This document shows positions 1 through 8,321 of a stretch of DNA of 64,000 nucleotides, piece by piece. A model generated the notes under the pieces. That model was not told the DNA's origin. It did not search any database and saw only the letters and a list, made by a program, of their open reading frames with translations. The position numbers were made by a program, and so were the translations under genes. This DNA comes from a bacterium (GTDB lineage Bacteria > Joyebacterota > Joyebacteria > Joyebacterales > Joyebacteraceae), in NCBI GenBank assembly GCA_025782395.1, contig JALGZD010000154.1, positions 163 to 64,162 of the forward strand, read 5' to 3'. Numbering within the stretch: position 1 is the stretch's first letter; each line of letters starts with the position of its first letter.

Positions 1-1
1 C

Positions 2-1591
2 CCGGCGGTCGGCGCCAGGTTCTTCATCTACTTCTGCGGGCTCCCGCCCGAGCTTGTGATTCTCGGGTCGGCCGTGCCGATCTACCCGGTCGTGATGCTG
101 GTTCTTCTGGGAATCGCCCTCTTCTTTGTCTTCTCGGGCGGACAGGTAGCGGTCATCATTACCGATTTCGCGCAGGGTATCTTCGTCAACACTATTTTCA
201 TCGTCATCGTGCTCTACCTCTACGCGCACGTCGACTGGATCCAGGTGATAGAAGCCCTGTCGATGGCGCCGGAACAAGCGTCGCTCATCAATCCGTTCAA
301 GACGAGCCACATCGAGGACTTCAATCTCTGGTACTTCCTGATAGGCGTCGTCGGTGTCATCTACGGAGTCCTGTCCTGGCAGGGGACCCAGGCCTACAAC
401 AGCTCGGCGAAGAGCGCGCACGAGGCCAAGATGGCCGGCGTTCTCAGCAACTGGAAGGTCTTTCCGCAGGGCCTCTTCATTCTGTTCGTGCCCATCATTA
501 TATACACGGTGATGCACCACCCGGACTTCTCAGCGATCGCGACGAGCGTCGAGGGAATCATCGCCGGAGCCGGAACCGAGGCGGTACAGAGTCAGCTCAG
601 AGGCCCCATCGTGCTGACGATGCTCCTGCCCGTCGGGCTCATGGGTGCGTTCGCGGCCGTCATGCTCGCGGCCTTCATAAGCACTCACGACACGTATCTC
701 CATTCCTGGGGAAGCATCTTCATCCAGGACGTGGTCCTACCGTTCCGCAAGAAGCCGTTCACGCCTTCCCAGCACATCCTCGCGCTGAGGCTTTCCATTC
801 TGGGTGTCGCCGTCTTCATCTTCTTCTTCAGTCTGCTCTTCCAGCAGAGCGAGTACATCTTCCTCTTCTTTGCGATCACTGGGGCGATCTTCGCGGGTGG
901 ATCGGGCGCCGTAATCATAGGAGGCCTCTACTGGCGTCGCGGAACGGCGCCGGCCGCGTGGAGTGCGCTCATCACGGGTTCGGGGATCGCAGTGGGGGGG
1001 ATTCTCATTCATCGCCTCCCGGCCGAGCTCTTCGAGAGCGCGCCCGAGCTCACTTCGCGGATCGGCGAGATGTGGTGGACGCTCGGCCATTGGTTCTACA
1101 ACATCAACGGCCAGCAGTACTGGGCCGTTGCGATGGGCGCATCGGCGCTCATCTACGTACTCGTGTCGCTGCTGGGCCGGACCCCGCCGCGCGATCTCGA
1201 CCGCGCCCTTCATCGCGGGAAGTACGCTGTCGTGGGGGAGATGGAGATCGTGGACGCTCTGCCGTCCAGGGGATGGAAGATGCTGGGGATGGGGAAGGAG
1301 TTCACGCGCGGTGACAAGATAATCTACGTCGCGACCTACGCTCACACGGCGATCTGGATAACGATCTTCATTGTCGGCACGGTCTACAATCTGCATCACG
1401 ATGTCTCAGACGAGCGCTGGGCGAGTTTCTGGAAGGTCTACTTCTACATACAGGTGGCCATCTCGATCTTCGTGATGATCTGGTTCTCGATCGGGGGCTT
1501 CCGCGATATCGGCGCGATGCTCAGGCGGCTGCGCGTCATGAAGAGGGACGCGATGGACGATGGCACGGTGTTCGAGGAGGATGGGGAATAG
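2..1591 (+). CDS. Sodium:solute symporter (SSF) family transporter, N-terminus cut by window edge
   Basis: The frame is open from nt 2, with no stop upstream of the listed start at 56, so the gene enters from the left. Many hydrophobic spans. SSF-like segment AAFISTHDTYLHSWGSIFIQD. Acidic cytoplasmic tail. Confidence 0.75.
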   Translation, partial: PAVGARFFIYFCGLPPELVILGSAVPIYPVVMLVLLGIALFFVFSGGQVAVIITDFAQGIFVNTIFIVIVLYLYAHVDWIQVIEALSMAPEQASLINPFKTSHIEDFNLWYFLIGVVGVIYGVLSWQGTQAYNSSAKSAHEAKMAGVLSNWKVFPQGLFILFVPIIIYTVMHHPDFSAIATSVEGIIAGAGTEAVQSQLRGPIVLTMLLPVGLMGAFAAVMLAAFISTHDTYLHSWGSIFIQDVVLPFRKKPFTPSQHILALRLSILGVAVFIFFFSLLFQQSEYIFLFFAITGAIFAGGSGAVIIGGLYWRRGTAPAAWSALITGSGIAVGGILIHRLPAELFESAPELTSRIGEMWWTLGHWFYNINGQQYWAVAMGASALIYVLVSLLGRTPPRDLDRALHRGKYAVVGEMEIVDALPSRGWKMLGMGKEFTRGDKIIYVATYAHTAIWITIFIVGTVYNLHHDVSDERWASFWKVYFYIQVAISIFVMIWFSIGGFRDIGAMLRRLRVMKRDAMDDGTVFEEDGE

Positions 1592-1712
1592 AAGGGAAGT
1601 CGCTCCGGAGTAACGGCGCGGGCGATTCAGGCCGACAATGCGAAAGAGCTCGCGGGATAGGAGGCACCGGGAAGACTCGCCTTCCGCCCGCGGCGGTCAC
1701 CGGTGGAAGGCG

Positions 1713-2420
1713 ATGTCCGAGATTCTCACACAGCGATCGATAGGCACACTCAACGAGAGACCGCTCCACGCGTCTCTCAAGGAGTGGTACTCGGAGCCCG
1801 GTGATGTTCTCGAGGCGCCCGTCGACGGCTATCAGATCGATATCGTGCGCGGTGATCTCCTCATCGAGATTCAGACGGGAGGATTCACTCCACTCAAGCG
1901 GAAGCTCTGGAAGCTCACCGAGAGCCACGATGTCAGGCTCGTATGCCCGGTAGCGGTCGACAAGTGGATCGTGAAGCTCCCGAAGAAGCGTCGTGGGACT
2001 GAGACGCGTCGGAAGTCCCCGAAGCATGGTGGGCTCGAGGACATATTCGTCGAACTTGTGAGCTTCCCGAAGCTTCTCTCTTCCCCGCGCTTCTCGCTTG
2101 AGGTTCTTCTGATTCGCGAGGAGGAGGTCAGGCGCTTCGACGGGAAGAAGGGCTGGCGCAAGCGCGGATGGGTGACGGAGGAGCGCAGGCTCATAGATGT
2201 CGTTGAGAGCCGGGTGTTCGACAGCCCCGCCGCGATGCGCGAACTGATTCCCGCTGATCTCAAGGAGCCCTTTCCAACGTCAGATCTTGCGGAGGCTATC
2301 GGTCACCCGCGACGGGTCGCCCAGAAGATGGCTTATTGCCTAAGAGAGATGGGTGCCATCGCACCGGTGGGGAAGGACGGCAATTCGATCCTCTATGTGA
2401 GGTCACGCGAGACCGACTGA
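1713..2420 (+). CDS. Hypothetical protein; PD-(D/E)xK nuclease-like N-terminal half, basic linker, winged-helix-like C-terminus
   Basis: ATG 1713 preceded by GGAAGG (1705-1710) is a better start than ORF-track 1638. GYQIDIVRGDLLIEIQTGGF resembles a D...(D/E)x(K/Q) core. Basic stretch KLPKKRRGTETRRKSPKHGG. C-terminal LAEAIGHPRRVAQKMAYCLREMG looks HTH-like. Confidence 0.55.
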   Translation: MSEILTQRSIGTLNERPLHASLKEWYSEPGDVLEAPVDGYQIDIVRGDLLIEIQTGGFTPLKRKLWKLTESHDVRLVCPVAVDKWIVKLPKKRRGTETRRKSPKHGGLEDIFVELVSFPKLLSSPRFSLEVLLIREEEVRRFDGKKGWRKRGWVTEERRLIDVVESRVFDSPAAMRELIPADLKEPFPTSDLAEAIGHPRRVAQKMAYCLREMGAIAPVGKDGNSILYVRSRETD

Positions 2421-2492
2421 ACCGGCATGCGAGACGGGCCGAATCGGCCTCAGCCTGGCGGCGTGGGGTTGAGACGAGAGCAGAGCAGAAAC

Positions 2493-2537
2493 GGAGAGGG
2501 CGGGACCCGTGGGGCTCTGCCCTCTCCGCTTCATTGT
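2493..2537. terminator. Stem-loop between convergent genes (likely bidirectional terminator)
   Basis: GGAGAGGGC (2493-2501) pairs with GCCCTCTCC (2519-2527), followed by GCTTCATTGTT. It lies between the + gene ending at 2420 and the - gene ending at 2550. Confidence 0.55.
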
Positions 2538-2549
2538 TGATGCAGATTG

Positions 2550-4067
2550 CTAGTCCTGCTCTGCGGTCTCGCCGCTGCTGCCGCCGGTGGAGTCCTTGCT
2601 CCCATCAAGTGTGAACCTCAGAGGGACCGAGATGGTTGCCTCTACTGGCTCGCCGTCCTTGAGGGCCGGCCGGAACAGCCACTGGCTGGCCGCAGCGATG
2701 GCAGCCTCGGCGAGTTCCGGACAACCGGGCACATCCTGTTCGATGTGGATATCCCCGACGGTTCCGTCCGTGCCTATGGCGATACTGAGAATCACGAGCC
2801 CATCGATCTTGTTTGCGCGTGCTACCTCCGGGTACTCCGGGGTCACCTGCTTCACGAGGATCGGCATTGTCGTCGGCTCAGTGTCCTCGGCGGGGGCACT
2901 TGGGTCGGCGCCGCCGGCTGGAGGCATCGTTGTCGGCTCAGCGTCTTCGGCAGCGGGACTCGGATCGGCATTGCTGGCTGGAGGACTGCTGTTCTCCGTG
3001 TCCGGAACGGCGCTCGAGGAGAGAGGGAAGACCGACGTTGCGACTACAGCCAGGACGGCCACCGCAAGAGCGATTCTGTGTCTTGCCATTGATTTGAACC
3101 TCCATGGTTGGCCAAGCCGCTCGAATCTCCGTCGTATCAGCGATGAGCTGCTCAGACGGATAGCCGCGGGTGTTCGAGTAGGCTCGAGTTCTAGTTGCAG
3201 GAGGTGCGTGAGCGCGGAAGCAAACATCCTCGGTTTCACTCCTCCGTTCAGCACGGCCTCATCACACGTCATCTCGCTCGTTTCTCCAAGCGTTCTGAGG
3301 AGCAGCCAGAGAGGTGGATAGAAGAAGAAGAGAGCGATCGCCGCGCGCTTCGCAACGGCTCGCAGCGGGTCGAACCTTCTCCTGTGAGCATCTTCGTGCA
3401 ACAGGACGGCTCTGAGTTCATCGACACTCAGATTCGCGAGGACTTCCTCGGACAACACTATCCGGGGGCGCACCATACCCGTCACAGCAGGAGCTGTCGC
3501 TCCCTTGCTGACCACGATTGCAGATGCCCTGATACCCGCGTATTTCATTGCCTGGCTAAGACGCCGGGAGCAATGCGCATCGATGCATGCGGCGGGGACA
3601 ATCCGTTTCGGCGCCCTTACGATCCAGGTCAGAATCAGGGCAACTGCAGTCACGGTCCACAGGATGGTAATGAGAAGCAGATGGCCATCGGATACGTCTG
3701 CAATGACGTTCGCTGCGGGTTCGGTCACCGGTTCCAGCACGCCGAAGGCCCGGACCAGGAGCGACGGCAGTGCTGCCACCCCGGTCTCCGTCCCGCCCCG
3801 GTCCGTCAGTGCGAGCGGAATCACGCGGCTGACCGGTTCGCTGAGCAAGGGCAGGGGCAGGAAGAGTTTCAGCAGAGCCGTCCACCAGAGCGCGTTCAGA
3901 AATCGCGCAGGAGCAGTTCGGCGCGTCATCAACCCAATGACGGCGACGAAGGCGATGACGAGTGTGCTCTGCCACAGATGAGTGGCCATGCCGAACCAGA
4001 ACTGATGAAGCGTGGCACTGATCGCAGGCATTGGTTTACCCGCCTTCCCGATCGTCCCGGTCGTCAT
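2550..4067 (-). CDS. BlaR1-type M56 metallopeptidase sensor fused to a TonB C-terminal domain
   Basis: Zinc motif HEDAH in LLHEDAHRRRFDPL within a multi-TM N-terminal part. Pro/Ala/Glu-rich linker. C-terminus VTPEYPEVARANKIDGLVILSIAIGTDGTVGDIHIEQ...RPALKDGEPVEATISVPLRF is TonB_C-like. Start 4067 overlaps blaI by 32 nt; the alternative ATG is at 4031. Confidence 0.8.
   Translation of the reverse strand: MTTGTIGKAGKPMPAISATLHQFWFGMATHLWQSTLVIAFVAVIGLMTRRTAPARFLNALWWTALLKLFLPLPLLSEPVSRVIPLALTDRGGTETGVAALPSLLVRAFGVLEPVTEPAANVIADVSDGHLLLITILWTVTAVALILTWIVRAPKRIVPAACIDAHCSRRLSQAMKYAGIRASAIVVSKGATAPAVTGMVRPRIVLSEEVLANLSVDELRAVLLHEDAHRRRFDPLRAVAKRAAIALFFFYPPLWLLLRTLGETSEMTCDEAVLNGGVKPRMFASALTHLLQLELEPTRTPAAIRLSSSSLIRRRFERLGQPWRFKSMARHRIALAVAVLAVVATSVFPLSSSAVPDTENSSPPASNADPSPAAEDAEPTTMPPAGGADPSAPAEDTEPTTMPILVKQVTPEYPEVARANKIDGLVILSIAIGTDGTVGDIHIEQDVPGCPELAEAAIAAASQWLFRPALKDGEPVEATISVPLRFTLDGSKDSTGGSSGETAEQD
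2863..2982. repeat. 2 x 60-nt imperfect tandem repeat inside the BlaR1-TonB linker
   Basis: Unit ggcatYgtYgtcggctcagYgtcYtcggc...ctggctggag starts at 2863 and again at 2923. On the minus strand it encodes the duplicated Pro-rich segment ...AEDAEPTTMPPAGGADPS / ...AEDTEPTTMP. Confidence 0.8.
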
Positions 4068-4446
4068 CCCCCGGTGGCCGAGATCCCTGCTCGATCTGTC
4101 TCTCGAGTTCCCTGATATCCTCGAGTGACACTTCCTTCATGTCTGCCAGATGTGCCACCAGCGGGGCGGCCGCGCCGTCGAACGCGATGTCGAGGAACCG
4201 TCGGATCTCTTTGTGGAGCATTGCCGCGGAGTGGACCACGGAACAATAGACCCAGGCCCTGCCGTCCTTACGCACGCGCTTGACGGCTCCCTTTTCCTCG
4301 AGGCGCTCGATGATCTTGCGTACCGTCGAGTAGCTCGGAGGATCGTCCAGATCCTGGTGTATGTCGCGCACGGTCGCCTCGCGGCGGCTCCATAGCTTGC
4401 GCAGGCACTGCAGTTCGAAGCGCGAGAGATCGGGCAGATGTCCCAT
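4036..4446 (-). CDS. blaI: BlaI/MecI/CopY family winged-helix transcriptional repressor
   Basis: N-terminus LSRFELQCLRKLWSRREATVRDIHQDL...YSTVRKIIERLEEKGAVKR is typical of the family. AAGGAG sits 7 nt before ATG 4446. Lies immediately upstream of, and co-oriented with, the M56 sensor gene. Confidence 0.85.
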   Translation of the reverse strand: MGHLPDLSRFELQCLRKLWSRREATVRDIHQDLDDPPSYSTVRKIIERLEEKGAVKRVRKDGRAWVYCSVVHSAAMLHKEIRRFLDIAFDGAAAPLVAHLADMKEVSLEDIRELERQIEQGSRPPGDDDRDDREGG

Positions 4447-4465
4447 TCTGCATCTCCTTGTTATC

Positions 4466-4504
4466 TGCGACAGCTGTCACAGATAATATGCGACGAATGT
4501 CGCA
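4466..4504 (-). promoter_or_regulatory. Two BlaI-type operator palindromes, TGCGAC-N4-GTCRCA
   Basis: TGCGACAGCTGTCACA (4466-4481) is embedded in the larger near-perfect palindrome TTATCTGCGACAGCTGTCACAGATAA (4461-4486). The second copy is TGCGACGAATGTCGCA (4489-4504). Both lie 20-58 nt upstream of the blaI ATG. Confidence 0.6.
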
Positions 4505-4513
4505 GATTGTCAA
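4485..4513 (-). promoter_or_regulatory. Sigma-70-like promoter of blaI-blaR1 (TTGACA-17-CATATT)
   Basis: On the minus strand, -35 TTGACA is at 4513-4508 and -10 CATATT at 4490-4485, with a 17-nt spacer. The second operator fills the spacer and the first covers the predicted start region. Confidence 0.45.
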
Positions 4514-4564
4514 CTGCTTTCTTGGGGGCAATAGGGTGAATGGGGGGAAAGGAACCGTGTGACC

Positions 4565-4643
4565 GGTCAGGTCATCTGTCCCCCGCCGCTCAGACAAGGC
4601 TGATACGCGGCCAAAGCCGCGGCGGGGGGACAGATGACTGACC
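4565..4643 (-). terminator. Long imperfect hairpin downstream of the protease gene
   Basis: GGTCAGGTCATCTGTCCCCCGCCGC (4565-4589) pairs with GCGGCGGGGGGACAGATGACTGACC (4619-4643), with one bulge and a loop of about 29 nt. It begins 9 nt after the stop of the minus-strand gene ending at 4652. No clean U-tract. Confidence 0.45.
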
Positions 4644-4651
4644 TGACAAAT

Positions 4652-7144
4652 CTACTTCACCATTACCATCTTCCGCACGGCCACCGTGTCTCCAGTGATG
4701 AGCCGCACGAAGTAGACGCCGGAGCTCAACCGTCTTCCATCGGCGTCAGTTCCGTGCCACACGATCGCGTGCGCGCCAGCGTCGCGCCGGCCGTGCTCGA
4801 GCACCGTCACCAGGCGTCCGGTCAGATCGTAGACGGCTATCTCGACCTCGCCCGACTCCGGGAGCGCGAATGAGATGGTGGCAGTTGGGTTGAACGGGTT
4901 CGGTCTGACGGGGTCAAGCCGGGCCTCACGGATGAGGCCGGCGTCATCCTCAACTCCTGAACCGATTGTGGAAATGGCCCAAATCTCGATATCATCGATG
5001 TTCCATCCGCAGTACATCCACCCGCCATCCGTAGTTCCCATTGTCCATCGGACGTAGACGGTCTCCGCATCATCGGCGATGGACGAGATATCGACATCCA
5101 TCTGCGTCCACTCGGTGTCGGCGATCTCTGCTGCGTTCTCCCAGACCGTCACCCAGTCGACGCCATTGTTGCTCACGCCGATGGAGGCGTGGTCGTAGTC
5201 GGGCTGCTCGACGCCGAGCCATCTCCAGAAGATGAGATGGACATTGTAGAGATCCTGACAATCGATCGGTCCCGACGTCAGATGCATCTGTGATAGATTA
5301 TTCGGATAGTCCCCGCTCAGGTTGTAGCCGCAGACGTTGGGACCTGTGTGCCCGGCCGTCGGGTCGGGCCCACCGTACTGGCCACCGCCGCCGGTCGGCT
5401 GCCCGTATGCCCACTGGCCGTCAGTCGACCAGCCCGGGTCGGTGTCGAGCGTCCATTCGTGCTGCTTCTCGCTCGTGCCGACGGCGAGGACGACCTCGCG
5501 CATCGTGTCACCCAGCCCGTTGGAGAGATTCCTGAAGGAGATGTCCGCAAGGTAGGCGCCGTCAGGAAGGAGGTCCGCGCTGCTGTTGATCGCTACCGTC
5601 ACAGCGGCCGCACTCTCTGGGGTGAGAACGCCGCCGGTGTCACCTGAGAGTGTGATCCATGTGGCCGAAGGATCGACTACCGTAACCTCGTAGTTGATCG
5701 ACGTGTCACCCCTGTACTCCATTTCATACTCGATGCTTGTCGGTGAGAACGGTCCGCCGGTCGGTCCCTCGGACTTGAGGTCGCCCGTTGGCGTCACACT
5801 GAGCCCGGCGTCGATCGTGAGTGCCTTCATGCAGAAGTTGCCGGTCTGGCTCCACGACCCGTCATCGTAGTCGTAGAGATCGAGCCAGTCGCCGCCGCTC
5901 CTGTAGTAGCTCTCACCCGCGGATGCGCTCGACTCAACGATGACCCGGTAGTTGGCGCCGAGGAGAACGGGTACATCCGACGTGCGATCGTAGGGATGAC
6001 CTCCCTGCGAGAGGCTGACGTACGTGTAGAAGTCGCCGTCGGCCTCGAGGGTCACAGGTGCGGCCAGATCGACCGTGTGGAAACCGGTGCGCTCGTATGA
6101 ACCGGACTGCGTCGCTAGGAGATTTTGGAGTTCTCCTCCGACGAAGTCGTCGTAGATGCTCACCACGTAGTCGACGTTGTCGACCGCTGTGAAGAAGCTC
6201 ACGGCCTGCAGGAGCTCGTCACCGTCCGCCGTAAAGGCGTTGAACGCTTCGGATGCAGTTGTCAGTGTGTCGCGCCAGGCGTGGTAGTCGTGGTAGTAGG
6301 TGTTCTCGTATGCGAACGGCTCGACGTTCTGGAATGAGATGGCGCCCATCTCCGGGTTCTGACAGCAGTGCTTGTCATAGTAGGAGATCCAGAAGTAGCC
6401 GTCGTAGCCCCAGCCGGTGCCCCAGCTGTTCTTAACGAGCCACGCGCCGGGACCCTCGGGCGCCTGCGTGCTCTTACCGTCGTCCCATCCGATGATCGAT
6501 ACGCCGTGGTTCGGCTCGATGATGCTGGATGGTGGCTGGTAGTGGATGTAGTTCGTGATGAACTGGCTGTCGTAGCACAGGGCGGTTGCGATAACGCCGT
6601 GATCCATGATGACCTGCTTGATGACGTCGATGTTCTCCAGATTCTCGCCCGCCACGTACCACTCCACGTCTCTGGGGTAGTAGTAGTGGTAGGTCTCGGA
6701 CGCCCGCAGTGGGGGAACGCTGTACGACTGCCCGTCCTCATCACGGACCGCACCCTCTGCTCTTGCGAGGTAGGCCGTTGTCACGCGGTAGTCGCCGCCC
6801 TGATGAACCTCGAGACCGCCCGCCATGGGGTAGATATCCTGGTTGTAGTGCTGGTTGAAGCCGTTCCACCAGTCGAGGTGGTACTCTGCCAGGTTCGGCT
6901 CTCCCGTCTCGCCTGCGGCGGTCCACGCGCCCGTTATCATGAGGTTTCCCTCGATGGCCGACATCGATCCGAACGTCCAGCACGTACCTCCGCTCTGGCT
7001 CTTGACGGGCGTGACGTAGTTCACGCCCCCGACATCGCGGAGATCGTATTCGGCAGGTATCTGAGCCTGCGACGTGAGCGGGACCGCCATGACACAGCTC
7101 AGTCCTATCAAGACCAGGCGACGGATCAGATGCGTTCTGTTCAT
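4652..7144 (-). CDS. Secreted papain-family (C1) cysteine protease with MAM-like module and T9SS-type/FlgD-Ig-like C-terminal domain
   Basis: Start ATG 7144 (GGGAG upstream) gives signal peptide MNRTHLIRRLVLIGLSCVMAVPLTSQAQ; the ORF-track start 7315 adds 57 unlikely residues. Catalytic Cys context QSGGTCWTFGSMSAIEG, and later NHGVSIIGWDD...WLVKNSWG. MAM-like WTLDTDPGW...GYNLSGDYPNN...WNIDDIEIW. The C-terminal ~80 aa, RPNPFNPTATISFALPESGEVEIAVYDLTGRLV...SGVYFVRL, form the sorting domain. Confidence 0.8.
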   Translation of the reverse strand: MNRTHLIRRLVLIGLSCVMAVPLTSQAQIPAEYDLRDVGGVNYVTPVKSQSGGTCWTFGSMSAIEGNLMITGAWTAAGETGEPNLAEYHLDWWNGFNQHYNQDIYPMAGGLEVHQGGDYRVTTAYLARAEGAVRDEDGQSYSVPPLRASETYHYYYPRDVEWYVAGENLENIDVIKQVIMDHGVIATALCYDSQFITNYIHYQPPSSIIEPNHGVSIIGWDDGKSTQAPEGPGAWLVKNSWGTGWGYDGYFWISYYDKHCCQNPEMGAISFQNVEPFAYENTYYHDYHAWRDTLTTASEAFNAFTADGDELLQAVSFFTAVDNVDYVVSIYDDFVGGELQNLLATQSGSYERTGFHTVDLAAPVTLEADGDFYTYVSLSQGGHPYDRTSDVPVLLGANYRVIVESSASAGESYYRSGGDWLDLYDYDDGSWSQTGNFCMKALTIDAGLSVTPTGDLKSEGPTGGPFSPTSIEYEMEYRGDTSINYEVTVVDPSATWITLSGDTGGVLTPESAAAVTVAINSSADLLPDGAYLADISFRNLSNGLGDTMREVVLAVGTSEKQHEWTLDTDPGWSTDGQWAYGQPTGGGGQYGGPDPTAGHTGPNVCGYNLSGDYPNNLSQMHLTSGPIDCQDLYNVHLIFWRWLGVEQPDYDHASIGVSNNGVDWVTVWENAAEIADTEWTQMDVDISSIADDAETVYVRWTMGTTDGGWMYCGWNIDDIEIWAISTIGSGVEDDAGLIREARLDPVRPNPFNPTATISFALPESGEVEIAVYDLTGRLVTVLEHGRRDAGAHAIVWHGTDADGRRLSSGVYFVRLITGDTVAVRKMVMVK

Positions 7145-7259
7145 TCCAGCGCTCCCTTCGTTGCGCGGATTTGTGATACGACTCGTGAATGGCCGTGACG
7201 CAATCAGACGGAACACCGTTCCGGGGCAGAACTGAATCCGGTGGAACAGGTTCTCATCT

Positions 7260-7288
7260 ACTATACCACAGTGCGCGCCAAACATCAA
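7260..7288 (-). promoter_or_regulatory. Sigma-70-like promoter for the protease gene (TTGATG-17-TATAGT)
   Basis: On the minus strand, -35 TTGATG is at 7288-7283, the spacer is 17 nt, and -10 TATAGT is at 7265-7260 preceded by TGG (extended -10-like). It sits about 115 nt upstream of ATG 7144. Confidence 0.45.
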
Positions 7289-7522
7289 GAAATCGAACGC
7301 GTCAGCCCACTTCACTGCGGCAGTGAGCTCGCGTAGTCTTCAGATTGGCAGGAATCGCTTGCGGCTCGCAGCTCGCCGTGGGATTCTCATCCCACTACTG
7401 AGAAAAGGAGACGGGACCGGAATCCTGCGGGCGAGACGCGCAGGGAATAGGGGAGAGCGGGAGATCCGGCACTTTTCTTGCTTTGTTACTCCGTGCTTTC
7501 TGTCTCGTACGGAGGTGCTTAC

Positions 7523-8299
7523 ATGACGGGCTATGAGGCGATAAACAAGCGATGCTACGGGGCCAAGCGGACGGCTGCGATGTATGTCCACAGTTTCCTC
7601 CAGATGCCGGAGGTAATGATATATGTCAAGTACCGTGACGAGATCTCGGGGCGCCGCGTGCTGGACATCGGCTGTGGTGCAGGTAGGACAGCGGTCTTTC
7701 TGAGCAAGTGGGCAGGCGAGTACGTGGCGATCGACTACTCCCACGAGATGGTCAGGCAGTGCCTGGAGTTCTGTGGTGACATCGATTGCACGTTCGGCGA
7801 CGTCAGGGACATCAGTCGCCATGAAAATGGGTACTTCGACTTCGCGAACTTCGCGAACAACGGACTGGACTCTCTGTCTCACGAGGACCGGCTCCTGGGC
7901 CTTCGGGAGGTGCACCGGGTGCTGAAGGACGGCGGATTGTTCTCTTTCTCGACGCACAACAGGGACTATGTCGGCGCGGTCAAGGAACCGGACTTCCAGT
8001 TCACCATCGATCCATTTGCGCTGGTGCGCAGAATCGTCAGATACCATCGCCGCACCAGGAACCGTCGCCGCAACCGCCCGTTCGAGCGCCGCGAGGAGAC
8101 GTATGAGATAATCAACGACGCCGCGCACAACTTCGGTCTCATCACGTACTACATCACGCACCGGCACCTGGCCGCGCAGCTCGAAGAGATAGGTTTCGAA
8201 CTAATGGAGACGTACGATCTGAAGGGCGACGTCATCGATATCGAGAAGCCATGCACCGACAGCAGCTGGTTGTACTGTGTGGCGAGGAAGCGCACCTGA
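7523..8299 (+). CDS. Class I SAM-dependent methyltransferase
   Basis: ATG 7523 lies 7 nt after GGAGG (7511-7515). Motif I is VLDIGCGAGRTAVFL, followed by an acidic post-I residue (VAIDYS). Confidence 0.75.
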   Translation: MTGYEAINKRCYGAKRTAAMYVHSFLQMPEVMIYVKYRDEISGRRVLDIGCGAGRTAVFLSKWAGEYVAIDYSHEMVRQCLEFCGDIDCTFGDVRDISRHENGYFDFANFANNGLDSLSHEDRLLGLREVHRVLKDGGLFSFSTHNRDYVGAVKEPDFQFTIDPFALVRRIVRYHRRTRNRRRNRPFERREETYEIINDAAHNFGLITYYITHRHLAAQLEEIGFELMETYDLKGDVIDIEKPCTDSSWLYCVARKRT

Positions 8300-8321
8300 G
8301 TCGTTTCGGCAGGAGATGCTT

